In this document: piece after piece, positions 9,788 to 19,800 of the stretch
Numbering within the stretch: the stretch's first letter is position 1
Layout: the number at the start of each line of letters is the position of its first letter
Virus record (IMG/VR): IMGVR_UViG_3300029288_000054
Span: 70,607 to 134,606 of that record
DNA from: a virus
Taxonomy: Duplodnaviria > Heunggongvirae > Uroviricota > Caudoviricetes
Strand: one strand, 5' to 3'
Length of the DNA stretch: 64,000 bases
Program-made: the position numbers and the translations under genes
Notes under the pieces: model-generated
The model's database searches: none
The model's input: only the letters and a program-made list of their open reading frames with translations
Told to the model about the DNA's origin: nothing

Positions 9788-10408
9788 ATGGCGGAAGATT
9801 ATTGTCAGATAGTACGTGACGAATTTCAATTGCTTGACAAGCGTAATCCGGACCAGTTGAGCAATTTCTTTATCCGCTATAGATTCTTCAGCACAGACGA
9901 CCTTGCGCAGGTTTTGTCTGTAAGTGGCAGATATATCAGAAAGATGAAGAATAGAACTGATATTAAGCGTACTACCTATAAACGTCAGATTACCAAGACT
10001 ATCAAGACACTACCTGATATTAAGCTAGAACCCGGTTGGGATTGTGCTGAATGGTGGCGGCATTATTATCGGATATATGGCGTTCGGATGCTATCAAAAA
10101 TCACTCACTTTAGCATACCGACCGTATGGCGGAAGTTGCATAAGCATAACATCCCTATACATCCAAAAGGAAAAAGGCTTTCTGCTAATCCGTGTTGTAA
10201 TTATGAATGGCTGAATGAGCATTATGTCGAAAAGCATTGGACCATTCCGAATTGTGCAAAAGCCGCTGGTGTATCAAACGACAGCATCACGACTTGGCTA
10301 AATCGCTTCAAAATCCAGGTAAGAACGAGAAATGCACCGAAGGTGGGCTTACCCTGGGATAGTACCGCTGTGGGTGAAACTCCTTGCGTCACAGTTGGAT
10401 CAGAGTGA
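9788..10408 (+). CDS. Multi-HTH DNA-binding protein
   Basis: Three HTH-like units (STDDLAQVLSVSGRYI; GVRMLSKITHFSIPTV; WLNEHYV...TIPNCAKAAGVSNDSITTWLNRFKI). Confidence 0.65.
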   Translation: MAEDYCQIVRDEFQLLDKRNPDQLSNFFIRYRFFSTDDLAQVLSVSGRYIRKMKNRTDIKRTTYKRQITKTIKTLPDIKLEPGWDCAEWWRHYYRIYGVRMLSKITHFSIPTVWRKLHKHNIPIHPKGKRLSANPCCNYEWLNEHYVEKHWTIPNCAKAAGVSNDSITTWLNRFKIQVRTRNAPKVGLPWDSTAVGETPCVTVGSE

Positions 10409-11423
10409 CATAGTTAAGATTGTATATGTAGAACAAACTCTTGTTCAAGCTGTCTACAAGACAGGTATACGCGAGACCTATAATTTCAAGATAAAGAGAC
10501 GTAAGAAAAAGAGACCAGACAATCATTACAACGTCTCACCAAGGTCAGCGGCGATACGGCATGAGATTCCAATATTTAAGGAATTCCGCCATGATCCGTT
10601 AGATGATTCACCCACTTATCATTGGTGTATCAACCGCAATCACTTCAATGAATCGACGCTGTTGGAACGACGCATAGCGTTCCACCATTTGCTGCGTGAG
10701 ATACTAAATACGAAGCCTGACCCAGACTGGTATCCTGATGAGATTCTAGAAGAAGATTGGAAACGCATCTTAGAATATCCGTCTGAGAAGTATATGCGAA
10801 ACGGTGCGTTGACGTGTTTTCCATACGGCAGATCCCCGCACTTCCATTTCAGAATACTTGAACATTTCTTCAATCCTGGCGGGAATCATCTTAGCCGTAC
10901 GCTATGTTTGGCATTAAGGCTCGTCTGCCGCAGGAAGAAATTACATATAAATTCATCAAATGTTCGGAAGGTCGCTAGATGGTATAGCAGACGAAGAATA
11001 ATAAGTCCTCTTCTATATTGTGCCTTATTTAAGGCGCTGAAAATCACTGGGCCTGTCGGCGACTTGCATCCCGGTCACGGTGCAAAAGCTCTTGCTTGTG
11101 CTATAATGGGGTTGCCATATTATACGGTGAGAGATGAGCGATTCCAGAAAGCACTTGATTTAGGGTTATCTAGTTTAACACGAGCTGATTTCGGTTGGCT
11201 AGAAGGCCAACAGGTTGATCTTCTTATATCTGACGACAATTTCAACAGTTTTCAGATGCCGACAGGCGACATATTAAACCAAGCTCGTAAGATGCTTTGT
11301 TATGTCCCGAAGGATGAGAGACGAGCATTAGTAGAGCAGTATAATCCTAGCACCACTTTACAACTATTCAACGATTCACAAGATAAGATGCTTCGAAATC
11401 CTAATTATCTGTTCTTGTGGTAG
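10332..11423 (+). CDS. Hypothetical protein with a degenerate methyltransferase-like C-terminus
   Basis: VGDLHPGHGAKALACA resembles a SAM-binding motif I, but there is no (D/N/S)PPY. Overlaps the upstream gene by 77 nt. Confidence 0.5.
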   Translation: MHRRWAYPGIVPLWVKLLASQLDQSDIVKIVYVEQTLVQAVYKTGIRETYNFKIKRRKKKRPDNHYNVSPRSAAIRHEIPIFKEFRHDPLDDSPTYHWCINRNHFNESTLLERRIAFHHLLREILNTKPDPDWYPDEILEEDWKRILEYPSEKYMRNGALTCFPYGRSPHFHFRILEHFFNPGGNHLSRTLCLALRLVCRRKKLHINSSNVRKVARWYSRRRIISPLLYCALFKALKITGPVGDLHPGHGAKALACAIMGLPYYTVRDERFQKALDLGLSSLTRADFGWLEGQQVDLLISDDNFNSFQMPTGDILNQARKMLCYVPKDERRALVEQYNPSTTLQLFNDSQDKMLRNPNYLFLW

Positions 11424-11431
11424 GTACCAGT

Positions 11432-11704
11432 ATGAAGATATTAACTCTACACATGACTTATTTCAGGCTTCCAGACGATTTTTCTGGTAGTATATCAGAT
11501 GCACTCAGAGCCATGGCGGACTACCGCGATAGTGTAGCTAGCACTTCGAAGCACAAACCAATGTTACCGCTACATACTCCATTATCTGAAGCGTTTGGTC
11601 TGATGTTTGATGAATTCATCGATGAGACACAGAATGGCAAGCGATTGGTTGGCATGATCCAACTCAATGACTTCGATCCGAAGGTGAAAGTTGCAGACCT
11701 GTAA
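11432..11704 (+). CDS. Hypothetical protein
   Basis: Follows the previous stop codon; start placed at ATG 11432. Confidence 0.6.
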   Translation: MKILTLHMTYFRLPDDFSGSISDALRAMADYRDSVASTSKHKPMLPLHTPLSEAFGLMFDEFIDETQNGKRLVGMIQLNDFDPKVKVADL

Positions 11705-11782
11705 TTCTACAAAAATACTTTATACAGTCGCCCCGGCTGGTGAGGCCGTTTGAATGTATAATTATCGCAAGAGTGAGTCACT

Positions 11783-14700
11783 ATGATACCAGCCACAGGA
11801 TCAATATTTTTCCGAGATGACTATGGCACGTTGTATTGGACTGAGTGGGAGACACTAAATGTAGACGGCATCAACATAGTGGATTATACCACTATTACGA
11901 AGATGCCGTACGTTTGGGGCGATATGCGAACCTACGATATTAGGTTCGTCGTCAACAATTCTTCGGCCACCGTTCGTGTGCAGGCTCCGAATGCTGATGC
12001 AGCCGAACAGATCATCTATGCCAGATATTATTGTTTCCAGGTCGTAATAATGTCGGTCACTGAAGTCGATATGGGAATCGACTACGGTAGGATCGATATG
12101 GACACGAAAAATGTCTATCGACGCGGTATCTGTACGGTAGAACGGCAAATTATCGAACCAAGTGCACTTGGATATATCGGATACATAATCGCTGAGAACA
12201 ATTCGCAATCTAAGTGCTATTTCAAGACAAGTTTTAATTGCAGTATCGCGCCGACAGATCGGTTCAGATATCACATGGACAACGCTGTATCTGGCAATGA
12301 ATCTTCGCCAGTCTTAGTTGGTCCGAGATTTACATGTCCAGGTGATTCCGATTTTGCATGCGTTTTCCAATGGGTGCTGCCTGATGGTAGCCTGCGGCCA
12401 GTTTGTGATAAAGAATCATTCTGGTTTGTTGATGTGTGGGGTCCAGACACTCTAATTTTATTGTCGCCAGCACCGTGCTTATCGCCATCGCTTTCACCAT
12501 CGATGTCGCCCTCGCTTAGTCCGTCGCTATCGCTATCACCATCTGCTAGCTTGTCGTTATCGTTGAGTCCGTCATTGTCGAGATCTTTAAGCCCATCGGT
12601 TTCGAGGTCTCCAAGTCCATCACTCTCGCTGTCACCATCAACTTCTAGATCACCGTCGTTATCAATTTCGCCATCTCTATCAGTATCGCTTTCGCCATCA
12701 ACCTCTAGATCGTTATCACCTTCAGCGTCAGTATCCGCATGGCGGTCCTTCTCAGTGTCGCCATCAATGCTGTCGCCGTCGCTTTCGCCGTCGCCTTCAC
12801 TCAGTAGGTCACCATCTGTAAGTTTGTCACCTTCAACCTCGTTATCTGTTTCGCCCTCGCCATCGGTATCACCATCGATCAGCTTATCGCCATCAGCTTC
12901 TAAGTCGTTGTCGCCTTCGATATCCATATCTCCATCAACAAGTATATCATTTTCACCATCAACTTCATTATCGCCATCTACTAGTATATCGCAGTCACCC
13001 AGTACGTCGTTTTCACCATCTCCGTCGTTATCACCGTCTAGAAGTGTTTCACCGTCGCCATCTACATCGACATCACCGGAGCCGTCCCCAGATCCAACAT
13101 CGCATGACTATGAAGACCCGCGTGTCGCATCTTCAAATGATGGAAGATTTGCAATCACTTGGATGGATATGACAAGCTCGTCAAATCCGATAGTTATGGC
13201 ACAAGCTTTTAGTGCTGCCGGAACGCCAGTCTCAGTGCAGTTTGTTGTCCCGAGTTATGGTAATCCATTAAGTAAGAATCCTGCTATTGTTATGGCCGAT
13301 GACGGCTCATTCTTTGTAGTAGTTTGGGTCGGTCCTGATAACGACTTCACGGGATGGAATGTTTGCGGTCGCATGTATACTGCTAATGGTATTCCGATGG
13401 GCGACCAGTTCCGTATTAGTGCTTTAGCGGATGCCGCGTGTTATACGCCATCTGTTGGTATTCGGCGTTATACTAGAGACTTTGTTGTTGTATGGTCCGA
13501 ATACTACAACATCAGCACAAATAACCCAGGTGTGCGCGTTTACGGGCAGCGTTTTAATTCTAGTGCCACAAAACAAGGTGGACAGTTCCAAATCTCACCG
13601 AACACCGGTGCCGACAGCAGCTATGGTTGGTTCCATAAATACCATCCAGATGTCGATGTTGCCGATAATGGCGATTTTGTCGTTGTTTGGGATGACGATT
13701 GGCGATCTGGCCAGAGCACGTTCTTGATTTATGGTATTCGCTTCAACGCTTCTGGTAGTCAGCTTGGGAATGAGTTCCAAATCTGCCAAAATCCGTCTAT
13801 GATGGACAGCGATGACTATATGATGCCGAGAGTGTCGGTTGCTGCTGATGGAAGGTTTGTAGTCGCATGGCATAAATATCAGGACGCTAGTGGATTCGGT
13901 GTTTATGCTCGATGTTTTAATGCTGGTGGTGGTGCAACGACAAATGAATTCATAGTAAACCAACATCAAACAAGCTATCAGTATTATCCGGATGTTGGAT
14001 GCGATAGAGCTGGTAACTTTACAATCGCATGGCATAGCTACAATAATCCCGATGATCCCATTACGACAGATTATGGTATTATTGCACGTCAGTTTAATGC
14101 TGCTGGCGGTGCGACGACAGATGAATATTGTGTTAACAACCCATATCTATCACATCGCGGCATTGGACATCAATATAACCCTGCTGTCGACCGCAAGTGC
14201 GGTAGTGGCCGATGGGTCACAGCTTGGTGGGGCTATCGAGGTGGAGCACCCTCTGGTGGCATATTAGGAATATGGCATGCGGAGAATGCAGGCAACCCAT
14301 TACCAGCAGTCACATGGGCATTGTCGGCTCCTACCTCAGGCACATACGGACAGGGTACATTAATCACTGGCGATTGGACTGGTAAGCACTGGAAGTCTGC
14401 TGGTTTTTATGAACCTACTACGTCCAGCTTCTTTTTAAGAAATTCGAATACATCAGGTAGAGCCGATATAGGTCTCAGTTATGGTCCTGGCAATTGGAAA
14501 CCGATAGCTGGCGATTGGACGAATAAGGGCTATGATAGCATCGGCTTGTATAATCCTGCAAATGCTACGTTTTATCTAAGAAATTCGAACACAAGCGGTG
14601 TTGCTGATACTTCGTTCGGATATGGTGGTGCTGGAAATAACTGGACGCCGATAGCTGGTGATTGGACAAATAAAGGTTACGACAGCATCGGCTTGTATAA

Positions 14701-15334
14701 TCCTGCAACTTCAACTTGGTATCTGCGAAATTCGAACACGGGCGGCGTAGCCGATATCACGTTCATTTTTGGTACACCTAATGTTGGCTGGCTACCGATC
14801 ATAGGAGATTGGAACGGCGATGGTGTCGATACAGTCGGCTTATACGATCCAGCGACATCAACGTTTCACTTGCGGAATTCGAATTCTGCTGGTGGTGACG
14901 ACATAACGTTTGTGTTCGGTACGCCGAGTTCTTGGAAGCCTGTTGCTGGTGACTGGAATGAGAAGGGCTACGATAGCGTCGGCTTATATGATTATTCTAC
15001 TGCGACATTCCACTTACGGAATTCAAACTCCGCTGGTAGCGACGACATAAGTTATCTTTACAGATGTGCAATACGAATTGCCTGGGACGGGTACGGCATG
15101 CAGAATGGTTATACTGTATGCTTGGGAGTTGCACCGGGCACAGACTTCACCAATGTCAGATGGGTTTCAATTGGTGCTATCCCTGCAATTAATGGTGGAG
15201 ATATGTGGTATTGGGATAGGTGTGATACTAATGGTACGCCTATCCCGGCGGGGACCTGGTATGTTTGTGGATATGTATGGGACGGGGCCAACCCGCATTA
15301 TAACCACGCTAGCACGTCGTTCGTTATCAGCTAA
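11783..15334 (+). CDS. Large modular surface/virion protein: N-terminal domain, Ser/Pro tract, (E/Q)F-x-(I/V) repeats and GDWnGDG (FG-GAP/VCBS-like) repeats
   Basis: About 210-aa S/P tract; about six repeats of type EFxVN...P-x-V-x-x-x-x-x-G-x-F-x-(I/V)-x-W; five repeats PIAGDW-x-x-x-G-x-D-x-(I/V)GLY-x-P...F-x-LRNSN. Confidence 0.8.
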   Translation: MIPATGSIFFRDDYGTLYWTEWETLNVDGINIVDYTTITKMPYVWGDMRTYDIRFVVNNSSATVRVQAPNADAAEQIIYARYYCFQVVIMSVTEVDMGIDYGRIDMDTKNVYRRGICTVERQIIEPSALGYIGYIIAENNSQSKCYFKTSFNCSIAPTDRFRYHMDNAVSGNESSPVLVGPRFTCPGDSDFACVFQWVLPDGSLRPVCDKESFWFVDVWGPDTLILLSPAPCLSPSLSPSMSPSLSPSLSLSPSASLSLSLSPSLSRSLSPSVSRSPSPSLSLSPSTSRSPSLSISPSLSVSLSPSTSRSLSPSASVSAWRSFSVSPSMLSPSLSPSPSLSRSPSVSLSPSTSLSVSPSPSVSPSISLSPSASKSLSPSISISPSTSISFSPSTSLSPSTSISQSPSTSFSPSPSLSPSRSVSPSPSTSTSPEPSPDPTSHDYEDPRVASSNDGRFAITWMDMTSSSNPIVMAQAFSAAGTPVSVQFVVPSYGNPLSKNPAIVMADDGSFFVVVWVGPDNDFTGWNVCGRMYTANGIPMGDQFRISALADAACYTPSVGIRRYTRDFVVVWSEYYNISTNNPGVRVYGQRFNSSATKQGGQFQISPNTGADSSYGWFHKYHPDVDVADNGDFVVVWDDDWRSGQSTFLIYGIRFNASGSQLGNEFQICQNPSMMDSDDYMMPRVSVAADGRFVVAWHKYQDASGFGVYARCFNAGGGATTNEFIVNQHQTSYQYYPDVGCDRAGNFTIAWHSYNNPDDPITTDYGIIARQFNAAGGATTDEYCVNNPYLSHRGIGHQYNPAVDRKCGSGRWVTAWWGYRGGAPSGGILGIWHAENAGNPLPAVTWALSAPTSGTYGQGTLITGDWTGKHWKSAGFYEPTTSSFFLRNSNTSGRADIGLSYGPGNWKPIAGDWTNKGYDSIGLYNPANATFYLRNSNTSGVADTSFGYGGAGNNWTPIAGDWTNKGYDSIGLYNPATSTWYLRNSNTGGVADITFIFGTPNVGWLPIIGDWNGDGVDTVGLYDPATSTFHLRNSNSAGGDDITFVFGTPSSWKPVAGDWNEKGYDSVGLYDYSTATFHLRNSNSAGSDDISYLYRCAIRIAWDGYGMQNGYTVCLGVAPGTDFTNVRWVSIGAIPAINGGDMWYWDRCDTNGTPIPAGTWYVCGYVWDGANPHYNHASTSFVIS
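12464..13096 (+). repeat. Ser/Pro-rich (SPSLSLSPS) coding low-complexity tract
   Basis: Direct translation; degenerate 4-6 aa units. Confidence 0.9.
14360..15055 (+). repeat. Five ~48-aa GDW...LRNSN coding repeats
   Basis: Direct translation. Repeats 2 and 3 are near-identical in DNA, with mostly synonymous differences in their first halves. Confidence 0.85.
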
Positions 15335-15591
15335 AGTACTCGCACTCCGCGATGTAGAATCATCACAAAGGTGGCTGGCTTATCGACAGCTATCGGTTTT
15401 TGCCACTCTTGAACTGTGATGTTCGCTTTCGGGTTGATATTAACCTGAAATCTGAAGGCTTCCTTCATCTGCTCGACGGTGCCTCTCTTGACTTCTTCAC
15501 CATTGATGAGTAGCCGCGCTCGTTGTGATTCATCGGGATTCACATAATGGGCTTTCGCTAAGAACTCATTAGCCGTTAGAGCGTCGGCCAA
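15331..15591 (-). CDS. Hypothetical protein (5' end uncertain, possibly frameshifted; see findings)
   Basis: The frame stays open upstream to 15729 without an ATG; an out-of-frame ATG lies at 15748. Confidence 0.55.
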   Translation of the reverse strand: MADALTANEFLAKAHYVNPDESQRARLLINGEEVKRGTVEQMKEAFRFQVNINPKANITVQEWQKPIAVDKPATFVMILHRGVRVL

Positions 15592-15806
15592 GACTTTCTC
15601 TACTAGCTTACCTTCGCTCTCCGAAGCGATTGGAATGACGAGGTTTATCGGGAACTGAGGAATTACTGTTGCGATGATGTCACCTCGTTTGTGTTGTGCG
15701 ATTACATTTTTAGATACGACTACTACAGGCTAGGAATAAAATACGCATCTACGTATTTTAAAAGGTTCACGTAGAATATAACCATCTCCCTAATTGGAGT
15801 TCAAAC

Positions 15807-16208
15807 ATGGACAAATGCAAGTGCAGCTGTGCTGTTCCGCCAGCGGTGAAGGATGAAGAGCAGAAGATTGAAGTGCCGCAGGTTTCTCCGGAGGTGCTGG
15901 CTCGGTCGAAGGAAGTCGACGACATGAGCACGCCGATCAGAACCATTATGTATGTCGAAGTCGGCAATCTCCCGCCAAACGAAGTCCGTGATATCGTTGC
16001 TTCTTTGACGGCGACTCTCCACCCCGGCCATCCACACTTCGTCGTGCCGCTTCGCAACGGCAAGATGAACACAGACCTCGACTTCGAGGCTGAAGTCCTA
16101 GAGTTTGTCAACGCGATCTGCGAAATCACCGATGATGGTGGCAGCGGTGCGAAGATCGTATTGAAGGACGGCTGCCACAACGTTGATGTGATCAGAGTCA
16201 GGATCTGA
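15807..16208 (+). CDS. Hypothetical protein
   Basis: GGAG RBS; YVEVGNLPP motif; C-ending codon bias. Confidence 0.75.
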   Translation: MDKCKCSCAVPPAVKDEEQKIEVPQVSPEVLARSKEVDDMSTPIRTIMYVEVGNLPPNEVRDIVASLTATLHPGHPHFVVPLRNGKMNTDLDFEAEVLEFVNAICEITDDGGSGAKIVLKDGCHNVDVIRVRI

Positions 16209-16210
16209 CG

Positions 16211-16384
16211 ATGATCGAGGCGTCGGTATCGATTGAAGACCTGAAAAGCCTTAAATCGATACATAATATCGATGCCGCGAAGGTCTTAGCTAGTACGATA
16301 GTCGACGAGATAGCTTGCGCATTAAAAGAGCCGGGTCAGCAATCCACTAACCCGGCTCTGTTTATCTTGTACTTGCGCGACTAG
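16211..16384 (+). CDS. Small ORF (57 aa, not in track) with a T4 gp23-like helix motif
   Basis: MIEASVSIEDLKSLKSIHNIDAAKVLASTIVDEIACALKE...; starts 2 nt after the previous stop. Confidence 0.45.
   Translation: MIEASVSIEDLKSLKSIHNIDAAKVLASTIVDEIACALKEPGQQSTNPALFILYLRD
16327..16359. terminator. Probable bidirectional intrinsic terminator between convergent genes
   Basis: AGAGCCGGGT/ACCCGGCTCT 10-bp stem, with an A-run on the left and GTTTAT on the right. Confidence 0.65.
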
Positions 16385-16860
16385 ACGCCTGGTTCGAACG
16401 TGCAGGCGAGAACGGCTTTGTCGATCATCGCGGTCAGAGCCGTCAGCATCGTCTCGATGTTGGTCGGCAATGTCGCCAATGGTGTCGTTGTGGAATGGTT
16501 GACGATGGCACCGTTCTCGTAAGTCACCGAGATTGGCACTGTCGTGTTGTCGTCCAATGTGAATGTCAGATTCAGGTGAATCACGACATCGTTGATGATT
16601 CTCGCGTCAGCGGGCGGCGTACTCATCCAGGAGAATCCTTCTGACAGCCCGACGCCTGCGATGAGGTTGGCTAACGGGTAGTACCATGCCAGATTGTACA
16701 TCTCGCCGGTAGCAATCTTGCTGCCGTCCTCATCAACGCTCCAGAGTAGATCGTTGACTAGATCGCGGGACTCAATCTGGCAATGGAAGTTGCCAACGTC
16801 GTTGTTGGAGTAAGCAATTACTCCAGAAAGAAAGCCAACTACACTATTAGCCGCTGCCAT
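16381..16860 (-). CDS. Putative structural protein
   Basis: GGAGG RBS before ATG 16860; CAAATTTA upstream; followed by a terminator. Confidence 0.65.
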   Translation of the reverse strand: MAAANSVVGFLSGVIAYSNNDVGNFHCQIESRDLVNDLLWSVDEDGSKIATGEMYNLAWYYPLANLIAGVGLSEGFSWMSTPPADARIINDVVIHLNLTFTLDDNTTVPISVTYENGAIVNHSTTTPLATLPTNIETMLTALTAMIDKAVLACTFEPGV

Positions 16861-16895
16861 ATGATGTTCCTCCAATACTATAAATTTGCCTGTGC

Positions 16896-19800
16896 CTAGG
16901 GGTTAATAATATTCAACTCGCCTGTTGACGAGTTGAATATCAACCACAACTGATCCAAGAAGGTTCCGTCTAGGATGGTTTTTGTGTGTGTCTCGCTCAA
17001 CTCACCATTCTGGTAGATTCGGAACGTAAAATCGGCATTACTACCGGTAGTACCAAGCCAAGTGCCATAACCATGTATTCCCTTCGTGCTGCCGGTCAGT
17101 TCCGATATGAGTCCAGAGTTTATTGTTCCTGTCTCAGAAAAATTACCTGGTTGGTTGTTTGTGTTGAGGGGATCAAATCGAACCCATTGGTCGAACTCGT
17201 CATAAACTGCAATGACTCCAGCGACAACAGGCTGTCCGGTATTATATGGGCTGTTGAAATCTGCTCTGACACCAGCACCAATACCAGGGTCGAGATCTCC
17301 CCACTGTCCCTCTAGTTCGCATGTCCAAATTGGAGGCTCTGGTGATGGCGACGGTGACGGATAAATGGTAACTGTACCATCTGTCGTATTGATCATCGCC
17401 CATGTGGTATCATTCGTGGAGTCGCGGGTCGTAGTATAGGTGCCGATGGAGATGCCATTTTTCTTGATATTCAGGTCAAGCTGTACCGACAATCTACCAT
17501 AACCGCTCTCATCAACATAGACCGAGGGGCTGATGTAAAAGATGTTGGCGTTTGTATTAGCACTTAGGTTAGCCGTAATATTCCATGTCGTTGTGCCTTC
17601 ATTCCAGATAATTGTTCCAGCCTCTGGTACTGACACGAATTGAATCCACGGCGGTTCCTCAAGCATTTGCATGTAATAAAACTGTCTCCCGCCCTGTTCA
17701 TCTAATGAGAATGCTTCTATCCACTGCGCGTCTCCTTGATATGACCAAAATAGCGATGGATCATAAATGAAAGGATCAACGCTCCATTGCAACCCGAAAT
17801 TAAGTGCCATATATCGGCTTGTTTCTGGATCAGGCTGCGTTCCAGATGGTGTTGCTGCAACCGTTAGCTCTGCAGTGTACTCATCAGTCACAGGAGATGG
17901 TTCTATGGAAGATGAAGGTTCAGGTGATGGCTCTGGAGAGGTGGAAGCTGAAGCTGAAGGTTCAGGCGATTCAGAAGGCGAAGGCGATAGGCTTAATGAT
18001 GCAGACGGTGATAACGAGGTCGATGGCGACGGGCTAAGAGACAGCGACGGAGATAAACTCGGCGACGGAGATGGTGACGGCGATGTCGTCATGAGCGTGA
18101 CTTCTGTCGTTTCACGAGCACCCATAACTTCACTATCAGCAGTCAGAATTATAGTTCGACCATAATCTGTTCCTGGGCCGACGTCGATATCTAGTGCGAC
18201 TACCGATCCCCAAGCACCATTTATGAACATGTAAGGTGATTCAACAGAATCAATATAAGACTCCTGGCCAGCAAAGCGTAGCTGGCATAGGTATCCATCG
18301 ATCGTCGCTGACCATGTAATTCGTGCAGTGCTAGGCGGTGCAGGTGTCTGATAAGCAGAGGTGCTATGCAGAAAAGCCGATGCAACTAGAGTGCTGCCTG
18401 GATTTAATAGCTCTGGTGCTTCGACTGCTAGAGTGTAAATCGGGACCGGAGGCACCAGATAGTCTGGTGTATATCCGGGGCTGTCAATCGCCACAGCAGT
18501 ACCATACTGACATGACAATGAGCCGAGACAAAGCTCGAACATGTTTATTTGTCGTTGGAAGGTCTGACCATCGGGGTACTCATCCCAAACGAGCTGGCCG
18601 TCAAAAGCGAGATCAGAGACACCGATCTTCTCTTCGGCATACAGCATCGTATCTATTGTTATTTTATCAGGATTGAAGTCATAGCCGTATCTCGTTTCGC
18701 CATCTGAGAAGGTAAATGGCAAAGCATCGTCTTGATAGTCGTGTATCGGGCAGAGTAGAACATCGGTCCCGGCTGTTGGTGATGTACCGCCGTCGCATAG
18801 CAGAGCTGCACATCCACAATCTGTTCTATATCCATTTGTATAAAGTATGCCGCTGATAAAGAAGAATAACACATCTGTGCCTGTTGGCATAGATCTATCG
18901 ATTTCTAGTTCATTGAATAATTCTGTAAACGTACCATTTCTATCGAAATCATCCGGCACGTAAGGCTGGTAGCCGTGTGCAGCAGGATAACCATCAATAT
19001 AATCAATGTAATACGGTGACGTTCCTTGACATCTCGCTGCTGTTGAGAACAGCGGCGTTGTCATGGCGTTTATCACATTATCAGCCGTGCAAGAGCTGAT
19101 GTTAACCACTACATCATCTGTGTCGCACTCGCTGAACACTAAATCAGCCGAGTCAAGAACCGTCTTATACACTTTGACGGTAACGTAACTCTCAGTAGCC
19201 TCTATAATCTTAGCAGATAAAGAATAAATGCTGTCAGGTAGGTTTTTAAGCTCGATACCGATTGTGATTGTTGGCAACCGGCTAAAAGTGTAGCCATATG
19301 ACCATCTGACGCCACCGACAACGTAATCTTTCGCTATGGAGATTATTGATCTCGATGGCGGCAACATCGTCTCTAGCGTGATGGCTGGGTTGCCAGTCGA
19401 TTGAGTAGAATAAATCGAATGTATAACATCGCTGTCGTCGAATCTCTTATTTGTGCCGAGGATATGTGAACCGAAGCTTGGAATATCTGGTTGCAATCCA
19501 TTCGCGACAATAACAAACGGAGCGTAGTCGAATACCAGATATTGGTCGCCAGATGTTGCCGTCTCAAGCTTCGCGTGTAGATAAGTCGGCTGTCTACATG
19601 CTTGGTCATATGGTCCGCAATTTGTGCTGTATTGATCGTCCCAAGGCTTCGCTACCCATTTTGGATGTGTGAAGTCGGATTCGAGCTTGTTGATTGTTGC
19701 GAATCTAGTGCCAGGAAAATGCATCAGCGGTACTTGGATACCAAGACTACGCCTCTGCAATGCGAGCATGTTCTTTTCACCACAAGCTCCATCCGTTAAA

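Noticed and set aside
12271-12927. 218-aa Asp/Gly-rich minus-strand ORF (and the similar 17767-18165 plus-strand ORF)
   Set aside because: Antisense shadows of the Ser/Pro tracts.
14490-14740. Near-identical repeats considered as a DGR template/variable pair or a CRISPR array
   Set aside because: Both copies are in-frame coding repeats with mainly synonymous, non-adenine-specific differences. There is no reverse transcriptase, repeat-spacer structure or cas gene in the window.
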